From: an uncultured bacterium
GTDB taxonomy: Bacteria > Auribacterota > JACPWU01
Assembly: GCA_964640155.1 (NCBI GenBank)
Contig: CAZXEQ010000010.1
Coordinates: 1 to 32,000 of the forward strand
DNA length: 32,000 nt
Direction of reading: 5' to 3'
Shown: piece after piece, positions 7,924 to 17,711 of the stretch
How positions within the stretch are numbered: position 1 is the first letter of the stretch
Layout: every line of letters starts with the position of its first letter
Notes under the pieces: generated by a model
Seen by the model: only the letters and a program-made list of their open reading frames with translations
Database searches by the model: none
Told to the model about the DNA's origin: nothing
Made by a program: the position numbers and the translations under genes

Positions 7924-8793
7924 ATGACTTCATACCTCGATCGGTTTTTTAAATACCTCTCTGCAGAAAAAAATGCTTCAGCTCATACCCTTTCTAATTA
8001 TCGACGTGACCTTGATCAATTTGTTTCTTTTATGGGTAAAAATGATCAGGATCTTTTATCCATTCATCATTTTGACGTTCGTCGTTTCTTAGGGGATCTT
8101 CAAAAAAAAGAGTATGCAAGGGCTTCAATCTTAAGGAAGGTAGCTGCTGTAAAAAGTTTTTTTAAATATCTTTGGAGAGAAGGAATTATTCAGGAGAATC
8201 CTCTTGCATCTCTTTCATCGCCCAAAAAACAGCGATCACTTCCTTCATTTATGACCATTGAAGAAGTTCAGAGAATGCTTGAAGCCCCAGATAAATCAGA
8301 TTGGTTGGGACTCAGAGACCAGGCTATTCTTGAGCTTTTGTACAGTACGGGAATTCGTGTTAGTGAATTGGTGGGACTTAATGTAGAAGAGATTGATTTT
8401 GGGACAGAACTCGTTAAAGTTCGTGGTAAAGGTAAAAAAGAAAGGATTGTTCCATTAGGCCGAATTGCTATTAAGACATTACGAAACTATTTAATGGCCA
8501 GACAAGATAAAAGAACACAAGCTCTATTTATTAATAAAAATAAAGGGCGTTTAACCAGTCGCAGTGTTGAACGTTTGGTTCTTAAATATGGCAGAAGTGC
8601 GGGAGTTTCAAAAAAAGTTACTCCTCACACTTTTAGACATAGTTGTGCAACTCATTTGCTGGATCGGGGAGCTGACTTAAGATCCGTTCAAGAAATTTTA
8701 GGTCATGCCAATCTTTCTACAACACAGATTTATACACATGTTACAGCTGAGAAATTGAAAAAAATTTATGATCAAGCTCATCCGAGAGCATAA
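7924..8793 (+). CDS. xerC: Tyrosine site-specific recombinase, XerC/XerD family
   Basis: 289 aa. N-terminal SAM-like domain (YRRDLDQF). Catalytic HTFRHSCATHLL and LGHANLSTTQIYTH. dprA-topA-xer synteny. XerC versus XerD is not resolvable from the sequence. Confidence 0.85.
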   Translation: MTSYLDRFFKYLSAEKNASAHTLSNYRRDLDQFVSFMGKNDQDLLSIHHFDVRRFLGDLQKKEYARASILRKVAAVKSFFKYLWREGIIQENPLASLSSPKKQRSLPSFMTIEEVQRMLEAPDKSDWLGLRDQAILELLYSTGIRVSELVGLNVEEIDFGTELVKVRGKGKKERIVPLGRIAIKTLRNYLMARQDKRTQALFINKNKGRLTSRSVERLVLKYGRSAGVSKKVTPHTFRHSCATHLLDRGADLRSVQEILGHANLSTTQIYTHVTAEKLKKIYDQAHPRA

Positions 8794-8838
8794 AATGCAG
8801 TGATTTGTGGCTTGTGAATAGGAATTTGATAAAACAAT

Positions 8839-10152
8839 ATGATGTTTCTATATAATATTATTTTTACGGTAGGTTTTCTTTTTGCCAGTCCTTATTTTCT
8901 CTTTAAGCTGATTTATTCGGATAAGTGGCGTGAAGGTTTGAAGATGCGATTGGGCTTTTACGATAAGACTGTTTTTGAAAAGCTTAAAGGCCAGAAAACT
9001 TTATGGATTCATGCTGCTTCTGTGGGAGAAGTAAAAGCCATTTTACCTTTGATTAAAAAAATTCAAGAAAATCTTCCTGAATATCATATTGTTTTGACGA
9101 CGGTGACCAGAACTGGAAATCGTTTGGCTCATGAGCTTTTAGATTCTTCTGCAACAGTGCTGTATTCTCCTCTAGATTTTCTTCTTGCTGTCAAAATTGC
9201 TATTCGTCTTATTCATCCTGAAGCAGTTATTTTGGTGGAAAGCGAATTGTGGGCCAATATGTTGCATCAACTCAATCGAAAAAAAATCCCAATTGCTTTG
9301 CTTAATGTCAGAATGTCGAAAAGGGCTTTTATTCGATATTTTAAAGCTGTTTTTTTTGTGAAATATCTGATGAAAAAACTTTCTCTTGTGACAGCCCCGA
9401 CTACCCGTGAAGCCGCCAAGATGCTCCTTTTGGGAGTTCGTCCTTCGGTTGTTCATATTGTAGGAAATCTAAAACATGAAAAAGAGATTCCACCTCTCCC
9501 TTCCCAAGAACAGAAAATGCTCTTTTTGAAAGAATTGGGATTTGACAAAGAGGCGGTGATTTTAATTGCAGGCAGTACACATTTGGGAGAGGAAGAGGTT
9601 CTTTTGAGACTTTATACACAGCTCTTAAAAAAATTCACTCAGTTACGTTTGATTTTGGCTCCACGCCATCCTGATCGTGCAGATCAGATTATGGATTTAG
9701 TGAGAGAAAAAAAGTTAAAAGGTTCTCGTAGAACTCAATTCAACTTAGGACAAAATCCATCTGTCATGGTAGATTCTCATCAAGTACTTGTTTTAGACAC
9801 CATTGGAGAACTTGAAAAAGTTTATGCTCTGGGCGATATTATTTTTATTGGAAAGAGTTTGTTAAGAGGGGGAGGTCAAAATTTTTTAGAACCCGCTCAA
9901 TTTGGAAAATCCATTGTCTTCGGTTCTCATATGGAAAATTTTGAAGATATGGCCGATGCTTTTGTCAAAGGAAGTGCAGCTATTCAAGTGAAAGATGAAA
10001 AGGAACTGGGAGAAGTTTTAGAGCGTTTGTTAGAAAATCCTTCTGAGAGAAAAAGTCTTGGGGAAAAAGCCATAAAAATTCTTTTATCTCAGAGAGGTGC
10101 TTTAGACAAGAATTTTAAATTAATACAATCTTTACTCAATAAAGTGAAATAA
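8839..10152 (+). CDS. waaA: 3-deoxy-D-manno-octulosonic acid (Kdo) transferase
   Basis: 437 aa. N-terminal membrane anchor, WIHAASVGE motif, GT-B C-terminal half with GGQNFLEP. Confidence 0.85.
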   Translation: MMFLYNIIFTVGFLFASPYFLFKLIYSDKWREGLKMRLGFYDKTVFEKLKGQKTLWIHAASVGEVKAILPLIKKIQENLPEYHIVLTTVTRTGNRLAHELLDSSATVLYSPLDFLLAVKIAIRLIHPEAVILVESELWANMLHQLNRKKIPIALLNVRMSKRAFIRYFKAVFFVKYLMKKLSLVTAPTTREAAKMLLLGVRPSVVHIVGNLKHEKEIPPLPSQEQKMLFLKELGFDKEAVILIAGSTHLGEEEVLLRLYTQLLKKFTQLRLILAPRHPDRADQIMDLVREKKLKGSRRTQFNLGQNPSVMVDSHQVLVLDTIGELEKVYALGDIIFIGKSLLRGGGQNFLEPAQFGKSIVFGSHMENFEDMADAFVKGSAAIQVKDEKELGEVLERLLENPSERKSLGEKAIKILLSQRGALDKNFKLIQSLLNKVK

Positions 10153-10160
10153 AAATAGAT

Positions 10161-11462
10161 ATGAAAATTTTTATTTTCCCCCTGTTTTTTATTTTTCTAT
10201 TATCTTCTATTTGGGCAGATTCATTTGATGAGAAGCCATCTTCTCAAATCTATTCCGTTCATGAACTGGTGCAAAGGGGAGTTGAGAATTCCAGGGAATT
10301 AAAATTGATGGATCAAGATATTGAAAGAGCTAAAAAAGAATTAAAATATGCAAAAACCTCTTATTTCCCTCATTTAACTTTACAGGGAAGCTTGGGAGTA
10401 GATCTTCTTTCTCCTACCAGTTTTGATCAAGATCGTAATGTAGGTTCAGATCTTATTTTAGACTGGAATTTTTTTCAAAATGGATTGGTATTCTTTAGAG
10501 TGGCCCAAGCAAAAGCACAGGTGGAATTAGCAATTCTTCAAAGAAAGCATCAAGAAATAGAGTTGGCCTATCAATTTGAAAATCGTATTTATGAACTTCT
10601 AGAGAAAAAGGCATTTATTGCCTTACAGGGACATGACTTGAATCTAGAAAATAAATCTTTAGAGAAAGCTCAAGTAGAACTTCAGCAGGGGAAAATACGG
10701 CGTATGGATGTTCTGAAAGTTAGAACAAAGGTCTTTGAAAAACAAAATACCCTTGAAAAAATAAAACGAGAGTATGACTTTTTAGCTAAGAAACTTAAGG
10801 AGGATATGAATTTACCGTTGAATGAAGACATTCAGATTTCATGGGGTACAGCCTTGAAACCCTTTTCTACGGCGAAAGAAATTTGTGTTGAGGTTGCGTT
10901 ATCAAGTCGTACAGAAATTCGAGAAGGTGAAATTCAATGTGAATTAAGCCAGAAAGCTTTAAAAGTTGCGAAATTAGGAAGATTCCCACGTTTAGATCTT
11001 TTTGCAGGAAATGCTTTTGCTTTAGATGATTTTGAAAGAAGTTCTGATCAGTTTCAATTCCGAACAGGTGTTATTGCCAGATACCCTCTCTATGATGGAG
11101 GAGAAACAAAATTACAGATTACTTTGGCTGAATTAGCCAAGCGAAAGTCTTATTTTCAATGGGATCAAACGAAACAAAAAATTCAAGATGAGGTAGAAAA
11201 GGCTTATAGTGAAGTCTTAGATGCTCAAGTGATTTGGGAGTTAGGGAAATCTCAATTTCAAGATATACAATCAGAATTAGAACAATCTAAAATTGAATAT
11301 AAGAATGGAAATTTATCTGATTTTGAATGGCAAGAGGCGACTTTGACTTCTGAACGCGCCAAGGTGAATGATGATAGTCTTAAACTCAATGTTTTAAAAT
11401 CTTGGGTTTCTTTGGCTAAGGCGATAGGGTTTAAAAGTTTAGAAGAGGCCTTTAGTAAATAA
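10161..11462 (+). CDS. TolC-family outer membrane efflux protein
   Basis: 433 aa. Signal peptide. Two coiled-coil/beta repeats with the LxxAxxxL pattern of OEP proteins. First gene of the efflux operon. Confidence 0.75.
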   Translation: MKIFIFPLFFIFLLSSIWADSFDEKPSSQIYSVHELVQRGVENSRELKLMDQDIERAKKELKYAKTSYFPHLTLQGSLGVDLLSPTSFDQDRNVGSDLILDWNFFQNGLVFFRVAQAKAQVELAILQRKHQEIELAYQFENRIYELLEKKAFIALQGHDLNLENKSLEKAQVELQQGKIRRMDVLKVRTKVFEKQNTLEKIKREYDFLAKKLKEDMNLPLNEDIQISWGTALKPFSTAKEICVEVALSSRTEIREGEIQCELSQKALKVAKLGRFPRLDLFAGNAFALDDFERSSDQFQFRTGVIARYPLYDGGETKLQITLAELAKRKSYFQWDQTKQKIQDEVEKAYSEVLDAQVIWELGKSQFQDIQSELEQSKIEYKNGNLSDFEWQEATLTSERAKVNDDSLKLNVLKSWVSLAKAIGFKSLEEAFSK

Positions 11463-11477
11463 AAATAGATTTGATAT

Positions 11478-12707
11478 TTGGGAATAACATTTATGTCTTC
11501 TAAAAGAAAAACAATTCTATGGATTTTTGCTCCTCTTTTTATTTTAGGTGTTTCAATTATTGGAATTTTTAAATCTTTAGATGAAGGTTCTCCTCAATCA
11601 TTAAAAGCTAAAGTTTTGAGGGGGGATATTCGTCAAGTTATTCGAGGGGTGGGGTATTTAGAGGCTGATGCACTTATTCCTGTTGTGAGTCATTTACCTG
11701 GGAAAATTCAAAAAATAAATGTTGAGGCAGGAACCTCTATTCAAAAGGGACAACTTCTTTTTCAAGTACGTAGTCCTAATTTTCAGAAAGAATATCGTTT
11801 GATGAAAGCCAAATATTATCAATCAAAATTAGATTTAAAAAAATTGTTGTCCAAATCAAGTGAAACGGCAACCTTAGAGGCACAAAGCTTTTTGGAAAAA
11901 GCTCAAAAACTAACTCAAACGGTGCAAAAAGAATTCTCAGATAAAACAGATCTTTTTCAAAAAGGGTTTATTTCAAAAAAAGAAATAGATGACACACAAA
12001 GTCGTTTGGAAAACGCTCAATCTGAAGAAAAAATTGCATTAAAGAGATTTGAGGACCTTTCAAAACCAGCTTCTAAAGAAGAAGTAGAGCTAAAACAAGC
12101 AGAGCTCGCAAAAATGAAATTAGAGTTGGAAGTTTTAAGTCGTTACTGGAAAAAAAGACGCGCTCGAACATTCTTTGACGCTCTTGTTGTTGAGGTTTCA
12201 AAAAAGAAAGGAGATGTTGTCAAAGAAGACGATATTGTATTAACGCTTGTGAATACGCAAAAACCTTGGGTTGTCCAAGCTTCTGTCTACGAGACGGATA
12301 TTTCAAAAATTAAAAAAGGGCAAAAGGCTATTTTGAAATTCTCTGGAATGGATGGGACTTATCAATCTCAGGTGTCTGAAATCTCTCCGATGGCTAAGAT
12401 CAATGGAAATATTAGAAAATTTTCAGTTAAGCTTTTACTTCAAGACAAAATAAAAGAATCGGTACGTCTAGGAATAGGGGCTGAGTATGAAATTCTTATT
12501 GAAGAAAGAAAAAATGTTTTGATGTTCCCTCTTCAGTTTATTGTTAGGAAGCCAGAAGGCGTAGGTGTATGGCTTTTGCAAAAAAATAAAAAAGTTTTTG
12601 TGCCTTTGGTTTTGGGCGTCAGTGATGAAAATAATGTTGAAGTGATTTCTGGTTTACAAGAAAATCAAGAAATTGTTTTACAAGATTTTCATGAAAAAGA
12701 GAGATAG
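11478..12707 (+). CDS. HlyD/MacA-family periplasmic adaptor (membrane fusion protein)
   Basis: N-terminal TM segment, lipoyl-like G.I..I.V..G..V..GQ.L motif, long coiled coil, beta-barrel C-terminus. The start may be ATG 11493 rather than TTG 11478. Confidence 0.8.
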   Translation: MGITFMSSKRKTILWIFAPLFILGVSIIGIFKSLDEGSPQSLKAKVLRGDIRQVIRGVGYLEADALIPVVSHLPGKIQKINVEAGTSIQKGQLLFQVRSPNFQKEYRLMKAKYYQSKLDLKKLLSKSSETATLEAQSFLEKAQKLTQTVQKEFSDKTDLFQKGFISKKEIDDTQSRLENAQSEEKIALKRFEDLSKPASKEEVELKQAELAKMKLELEVLSRYWKKRRARTFFDALVVEVSKKKGDVVKEDDIVLTLVNTQKPWVVQASVYETDISKIKKGQKAILKFSGMDGTYQSQVSEISPMAKINGNIRKFSVKLLLQDKIKESVRLGIGAEYEILIEERKNVLMFPLQFIVRKPEGVGVWLLQKNKKVFVPLVLGVSDENNVEVISGLQENQEIVLQDFHEKER

Positions 12708-12712
12708 AAGTT

Positions 12713-13465
12713 ATGAACTCAATAGTTGAGTTGGATTCTTTATCTGCAGGAGCTTTGAGGGAGGGTTGTTCTCGTGAAACTTCTGTTCTTATTCGAGTTG
12801 AAGGAGTAGCAAAACATTTTCCAGTGGGATTAGGAAAAGTAAGTGCTTTAAAATCTATTAGTTTAGATGTCTATGATGGAGAGTTTCTTTCTATTTTAGG
12901 CCCCAGTGGATCTGGTAAAAGTACATTGCTTCATATCTTGGGTCTTTTATCCAGACCTACTTCCGGGGAAATTTTTTTTGATGGCATCAATGTTTCTTCG
13001 CTTTCTGAAAATTATTGGGCAGGTTTGAGAAGTAAAAAGATAGGTTTTGTTTTTCAGTCTTTCCATCTTTTAAATTCCCTCTCAGCTTTAGAAAATGTTG
13101 AAATGCCTTTGATTTATCAACATATACCCCCTCGTCAGAGAAAACTTAAAGCTTATGAAGTTTTAGAAAAAGTAGGAATGACGCATCGCTCACATCACTT
13201 CCCTTATCAACTTTCTGGAGGAGAGTCTCAGCGTGTTGCCATTGCTCGAGCTTTGGTGAGTTCTGCTTGCGTTATTTTAGCGGATGAACCCACTGGGAAT
13301 TTGGATACTCAGACGGGAAAAGATATTTTGGCTCTTCTGAAGATTTTGAATAAAGAAGGTAAAACGCTCATTGTCGTCACACATGATTTAGCCATTGCCA
13401 ATCATGCGAATCGCAAAGTTTTTTTACAAGACGGGAATCTTCTGAAATGTTCAGACCGGGATTAA
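12713..13465 (+). CDS. ABC transporter ATP-binding protein (MacB/LolD-like)
   Basis: Walker A GPSGSGKST, signature LSGGESQRVAIARAL, Walker B ILADEPTGNLD. Confidence 0.9.
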   Translation: MNSIVELDSLSAGALREGCSRETSVLIRVEGVAKHFPVGLGKVSALKSISLDVYDGEFLSILGPSGSGKSTLLHILGLLSRPTSGEIFFDGINVSSLSENYWAGLRSKKIGFVFQSFHLLNSLSALENVEMPLIYQHIPPRQRKLKAYEVLEKVGMTHRSHHFPYQLSGGESQRVAIARALVSSACVILADEPTGNLDTQTGKDILALLKILNKEGKTLIVVTHDLAIANHANRKVFLQDGNLLKCSDRD

Positions 13466-14664
13466 TTCTCATTTACGACAATATCAAAATTTCTTTTCAA
13501 ATGCTTTCTTCCCACAAATTAAGATCTCTTTTAAGTGTGATTGGAATTGTGTTTGGGATTTTGACCCTTTTGGTGACTTTAGCCATAGGTGAGGGGACTC
13601 GTCAAAAAATCTTAAAAACAATTGAAGCGATGGGAGCTAATTTGATTTCAATTACGCCCCAAAGTATGTCAGAAGAAGGACAATGGGTTCAGAATAGACC
13701 TTTGACTTTGCAAGATATTCGTTGTTTGGAACAATTACAGGGGATTGTAGCCTATGCGCCTTTTTTAGGTTCTGCATTTATGATGAAAGTGGGTTCTACC
13801 GAAAAAGTGATTACTTTGGAAGGAGTCACTTCTTCTTTTGCTCTTGTTCGAGATTTGAATTTGCAAAGTGGGCGTTTTTTAGTGGAAGAAGATATCTCCA
13901 ATCATGCAAAAGTTATTGTTCTAGGATGGCAATTGGCTCAGGAGCTTTTCCCAAATCAAAATCCTTTAGGTCAAACGTGTCATTTATGGGATTCTAATTT
14001 TCAAATTGTAGGTGTTTTAGCTCAAAAAGGAAGAATATGGGGAGTGGATTTTGACAGAGAAATTTTCTTGCCCATAACGACTTTGCAAGAAATGCAAGGA
14101 CAGAGTGGTGAAATTCATGGAGTATGGATTCGTTCGACAGCTTCTAATTTAGTTAAAAATGTTATTCGTCAGACTCAAGATCTTTTTAAAAATAGAAAGC
14201 TTGAGATTTGGGATCAGGAAGAGTTACTGATTAAAAAGAACCGCATTACTTATGCTTTTAAATGGGCTTTAGGATCGATTGCAATGATAAGTCTTATGAT
14301 TGGCGGAATTGGGATTATGAATGTTTTGTTGGTATCTGTTTCAGAAAGGGTCAAAGAGATTGGGGTTAGAAAAGCAGTGGGGGCTACAGCATGGGATATT
14401 CTTTTTCAATTTGTTTTTGAATCATTTTTTCTTACTTTCATTGGTGCTTTGTTGGGAATTGTCTTAGGGATATTGATCAGTGGGTCTATTACCATGATTC
14501 TTAATCATTTTCTTCCCATGGCAGATCGCTGGGAAGCTATTTTATCTTGGGAAGCAATTGCGGTAGCTCTGCATTTTACATTTTGGGTAGGCCTTTTCTT
14601 TGGATTATATCCTGCTTGGAAGGCCTCTCGGTTGGACCCTTGCGAGGCGCTTGCTTATTTTTAA
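13447..14664 (+). CDS. ABC transporter permease, FtsX/MacB type
   Basis: 405 aa. TM1, a large periplasmic domain, then three C-terminal TM segments with the GIGIMNVLLVSV..R..EIG.RKA.GA motif. Overlaps the ATPase gene by 19 nt. Confidence 0.85.
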   Translation: MFRPGLILIYDNIKISFQMLSSHKLRSLLSVIGIVFGILTLLVTLAIGEGTRQKILKTIEAMGANLISITPQSMSEEGQWVQNRPLTLQDIRCLEQLQGIVAYAPFLGSAFMMKVGSTEKVITLEGVTSSFALVRDLNLQSGRFLVEEDISNHAKVIVLGWQLAQELFPNQNPLGQTCHLWDSNFQIVGVLAQKGRIWGVDFDREIFLPITTLQEMQGQSGEIHGVWIRSTASNLVKNVIRQTQDLFKNRKLEIWDQEELLIKKNRITYAFKWALGSIAMISLMIGGIGIMNVLLVSVSERVKEIGVRKAVGATAWDILFQFVFESFFLTFIGALLGIVLGILISGSITMILNHFLPMADRWEAILSWEAIAVALHFTFWVGLFFGLYPAWKASRLDPCEALAYF

Positions 14665-14668
14665 ATAA

Positions 14669-14759
14669 CGTATTGCATGATGCGTCAAGCGGCATTCGTT
14701 TAAAAGGAAATAAATAAAATTTCCATAAACGCAGTACGCATAACGTGCGACGATTGACG
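14669..14759. repeat. Heptad-periodic mirror element H5 (CGT / ACG cores), probable bidirectional terminator region
   Basis: Left arm cgtattg|catgatg|cgtcaag|cggcatt|cgtttaa (14669-14703). Central hairpin ggaaat-aaataaa-atttcc (14706-14724). Right arm ataaacg|cagtacg|cataacg|tgcgacg|attgacg (14725-14759). Lies between convergent stop codons. Confidence 0.6.
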
Positions 14760-14763
14760 AAAA

Positions 14764-15834
14764 TTATTTCGAATACTTTGATCCCGAAAATTGCTTCATA
14801 AAAAGTTCAAAATCTTTTTCCAATTGCCCAGAACTGGTATTTAGTTTTTTTGCTAAGGTTTGTATATTTGTACTTGCTGACGGATTTTTATTCATTTCAC
14901 GAATGAATTGATAAAATCCTGCTTGCCTTTGGTTTTGCATTAAATAATAAACCAAGCTCCATGACATAATATAGGCTACAAAGACTTGTTTTTCGTCCAT
15001 GCCAGAAAAGTGAGGAGCTCCCATTAATTCAGAAATAGAAACTTTAGGAACATAAGGTAATAGAGTCATGTATTGACGATGAGGAAGTCCAATTTGAGTC
15101 TTTTCGCAATAGACAGCTAAACCTTCATGGAGCCAACTAGCTGCTTCTGGGGGAAGGATGTTGTAATGAGCACAAAGTTGATGAGAAGCTTCATGCCTCA
15201 TGATGGAAATAACCTGATCCATTTGTCCTGTCAAAGTAGGGAGGAGTATTTCCTGATATCGAAACGGGATTTTAACATGAGAAGCAAAAGGAACCGTTTT
15301 TGAAATATCCATGGCGTTGAATAAAAACAAACGATGTTGATGGGGATTGTAAAATCCAGCAACCCAAGCAGGGACACCAATACTAGATCGAAAGCGATCA
15401 AAGGTTTTTTGAGAGTCAAAAAATACAACTTCCATAGTTTTTTGTTTTGGGATACGAATGAGAGGAGAGAAAAATTGTCGGAATTGTTTTTCAAACGTCG
15501 TGAGTGTTTGAAATGCATTTTGAAAAGCAAAGGATTTATTTTCCGTTAAAATGGAATAGCTTGGAGTTTTGATAAAAAGAAAATCAGTAAAATCATTTTT
15601 GAATTTTACATCGTTTAAAGTAATCAATTTTTCTGAAACTTGTGCTTGAGTTGCCAGTTGACGACGGATGTTAAGATCAGATTCACTCCAGTGTTCTTCA
15701 GTTTTGGTTTTTCCAAGGTCAAAGGTTTTAGCAGGAGTTGATGTGAAAGCAGGCTGTTTTCTGAATTGTTGAACAAGAAAAGCAAGTCCTAGGACGACTA
15801 TCAGAAGCAAGAGAAAACGTATCAATGCGTTCAT
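14764..15834 (-). CDS. Membrane-anchored HExxH protein, DUF1570 / peptidase-MA-like
   Basis: 356 aa. N-terminal TM helix. HEASHQ followed by WLHEGLAVYCE, the peptidase_MA_2/DUF1570 pattern. The only minus-strand gene in the window. Confidence 0.6.
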   Translation of the reverse strand: MNALIRFLLLLIVVLGLAFLVQQFRKQPAFTSTPAKTFDLGKTKTEEHWSESDLNIRRQLATQAQVSEKLITLNDVKFKNDFTDFLFIKTPSYSILTENKSFAFQNAFQTLTTFEKQFRQFFSPLIRIPKQKTMEVVFFDSQKTFDRFRSSIGVPAWVAGFYNPHQHRLFLFNAMDISKTVPFASHVKIPFRYQEILLPTLTGQMDQVISIMRHEASHQLCAHYNILPPEAASWLHEGLAVYCEKTQIGLPHRQYMTLLPYVPKVSISELMGAPHFSGMDEKQVFVAYIMSWSLVYYLMQNQRQAGFYQFIREMNKNPSASTNIQTLAKKLNTSSGQLEKDFELFMKQFSGSKYSK

Positions 15835-15918
15835 GAAACCATCCTTTGTTTAACCAAAGAAATTTTAACATATTTTTTGAGATCATATTTCTGTTAAAAT
15901 TAGAATAGGTTAAACCTT

Positions 15919-17148
15919 ATGAATACTTTTGAAATTACAAATATCTATTTTCATAAAGCGGCTTCTTTAATTGGACTTAACAATCGCGTCCAAGAAGTGC
16001 TTTTAAATCCAAGTCGCGAATTAAAAGTCTCTATTTCCATTGAACGCGAAGATGGAACATTAGCTCATTTTGATGGTTATCGTGTTCAGCACAATAATTC
16101 TAGAGGTCCTTTCAAAGGAGGATTGCGTTATCATCCTGAAGTGGATTTGGGAGAAGTCAAGGGACTGGCTTCTTTAATGACATGGAAAACTGCTGTGGTG
16201 GATATTCCCTTTGGAGGTGCTAAGGGTGGGATTACGTGTAATGTACAGTCACTGAGCGAAAAAGACATTGAAAACTTGACTCGAAAATTTGTTCGTCAAA
16301 TTTATGAGTTTATTGGTCCCACCGTTGATATTCCAGCTCCTGACATGAATACCAATGCCCAAATCATGGCGTGGATTATGGATGAATATTCTAAAATTCG
16401 GGGTTATGCCCCGGGTGTTGTTACTGGCAAGCCTATAGAGCTGGGGGGGTCTTGCGGAAGAGAACAGGCTACAGGGCAAGGTTGTGCAATGATCATTGAA
16501 AGATTTTTTCAGGACCAGGGGAAATCTCTTAAAAATATTAGATTTGCAATTCAAGGATTTGGCAATGTTGGTTATCACTTGTTTCGCTTCCTCTATCAGG
16601 CAGGAGCAAAAATCATTGCTGTTTCTGACTCACGAGGAGGTATTTATTCAGAAAAAGGATTGGTCCTTGATCAACTCCATCAACATTATCAAGTTCAAGG
16701 AACGGTTGTAGGCTTTTCTCAAGGTCAACCGATGAGCAATGAAGAACTTCTGGCTTTGGAATGTGATTGTTTGGTTCCTGCGGCACTCGGCGGTGTTTTA
16801 ACCAAAGACAATGCTTCTTCTGTAAAAGCAAAAGTTATTTTAGAGGCTGCCAATGGACCCACAACACCTGAGGCTGATGAAATTTTTGAGAAAAAAGACA
16901 TCATTGTCATTCCAGATATTTTAGCGAATGCAGGGGGTGTGGTTGTCTCTTATTTTGAATGGGTTCAGAATTTGCAAAGTTTTAGGTGGACCTTAGAACA
17001 TGTAGAAGGAGAATTAAAGCGAGTCATGACTAAAAGTTATGATGCTGTTCTTCAAATTGCACAATCCAAAAAAGTTTCTTTAAGAATAGCAGCTTTTGCT
17101 TTAGGTGTTGGAAGAGTTGCAAGGGCTTTAACTTTAAGAGGAGTGTAA
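15919..17148 (+). CDS. gdhA: Glutamate dehydrogenase (Glu/Leu/Phe/Val dehydrogenase family)
   Basis: 409 aa. FKGGLRYH, PFGGAKGG and the GFGNVG dinucleotide loop. Confidence 0.9.
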   Translation: MNTFEITNIYFHKAASLIGLNNRVQEVLLNPSRELKVSISIEREDGTLAHFDGYRVQHNNSRGPFKGGLRYHPEVDLGEVKGLASLMTWKTAVVDIPFGGAKGGITCNVQSLSEKDIENLTRKFVRQIYEFIGPTVDIPAPDMNTNAQIMAWIMDEYSKIRGYAPGVVTGKPIELGGSCGREQATGQGCAMIIERFFQDQGKSLKNIRFAIQGFGNVGYHLFRFLYQAGAKIIAVSDSRGGIYSEKGLVLDQLHQHYQVQGTVVGFSQGQPMSNEELLALECDCLVPAALGGVLTKDNASSVKAKVILEAANGPTTPEADEIFEKKDIIVIPDILANAGGVVVSYFEWVQNLQSFRWTLEHVEGELKRVMTKSYDAVLQIAQSKKVSLRIAAFALGVGRVARALTLRGV

Positions 17149-17175
17149 AAACAGTTTTAGAGTTAAACTGTTTTT
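17148..17175 (+). terminator. Weak AT-rich hairpin terminator after gdh
   Basis: aaaacagttt (17148-17157) pairs perfectly with aaactgtttt (17165-17174) and ends in a T run. Only two G:C pairs. Confidence 0.35.
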
Positions 17176-17188
17176 AAGGAAACCACAC

Positions 17189-17707
17189 ATGTCCATAGAT
17201 GTTTTCGCATTTCTAAAACGTTCTGATTTATGTAAGGGCTTTTCAGATCAGGAAATTTTAGAGTTGAAGCAAAGTTTTGAGTTTTTAGAAGTTTCTCCAG
17301 GACATATTCTTTTTGAAAAAGGGGATTTGGCAGATGCTCTTTACATTATTTGTAAAGGAGATGTCGAGATTCGAATATCAGAAAATGGACATGAAGAAGC
17401 GATTGCAAAACTTTCAGAAAACGCAGTGTTGGGGGAGATGGGTGTTTTGACAGATCAAGTTCGCTGCGCAACAGCTGTTGCAGTTCACTCGGTTATTGTT
17501 TTGAAAATCATGAGAAGTACATTGGAACGTCTTCTTTCTGGAGGAAAATTAGTTGCATTTAAATTGGTTTATCAAATTGCAAAAATATTAAGTGTTCGAC
17601 TGCGTCAAATGGATCAAGCGATGGTTAAACTGATGAATCATCGAGAAAAACCATCTCATGAAATTAATCAACTGAGGGCGAAACTTCAATCAGATTGGCC
17701 ATTTTAA
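17189..17707 (+). CDS. Cyclic nucleotide-binding domain protein (no DNA-binding domain)
   Basis: 172 aa. CAP-effector pattern F.KGD.AD.LYII..G.V.I, GEMGVL, R.ATAVA. Confidence 0.8.
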   Translation: MSIDVFAFLKRSDLCKGFSDQEILELKQSFEFLEVSPGHILFEKGDLADALYIICKGDVEIRISENGHEEAIAKLSENAVLGEMGVLTDQVRCATAVAVHSVIVLKIMRSTLERLLSGGKLVAFKLVYQIAKILSVRLRQMDQAMVKLMNHREKPSHEINQLRAKLQSDWPF

Positions 17708-17711
17708 AAAC

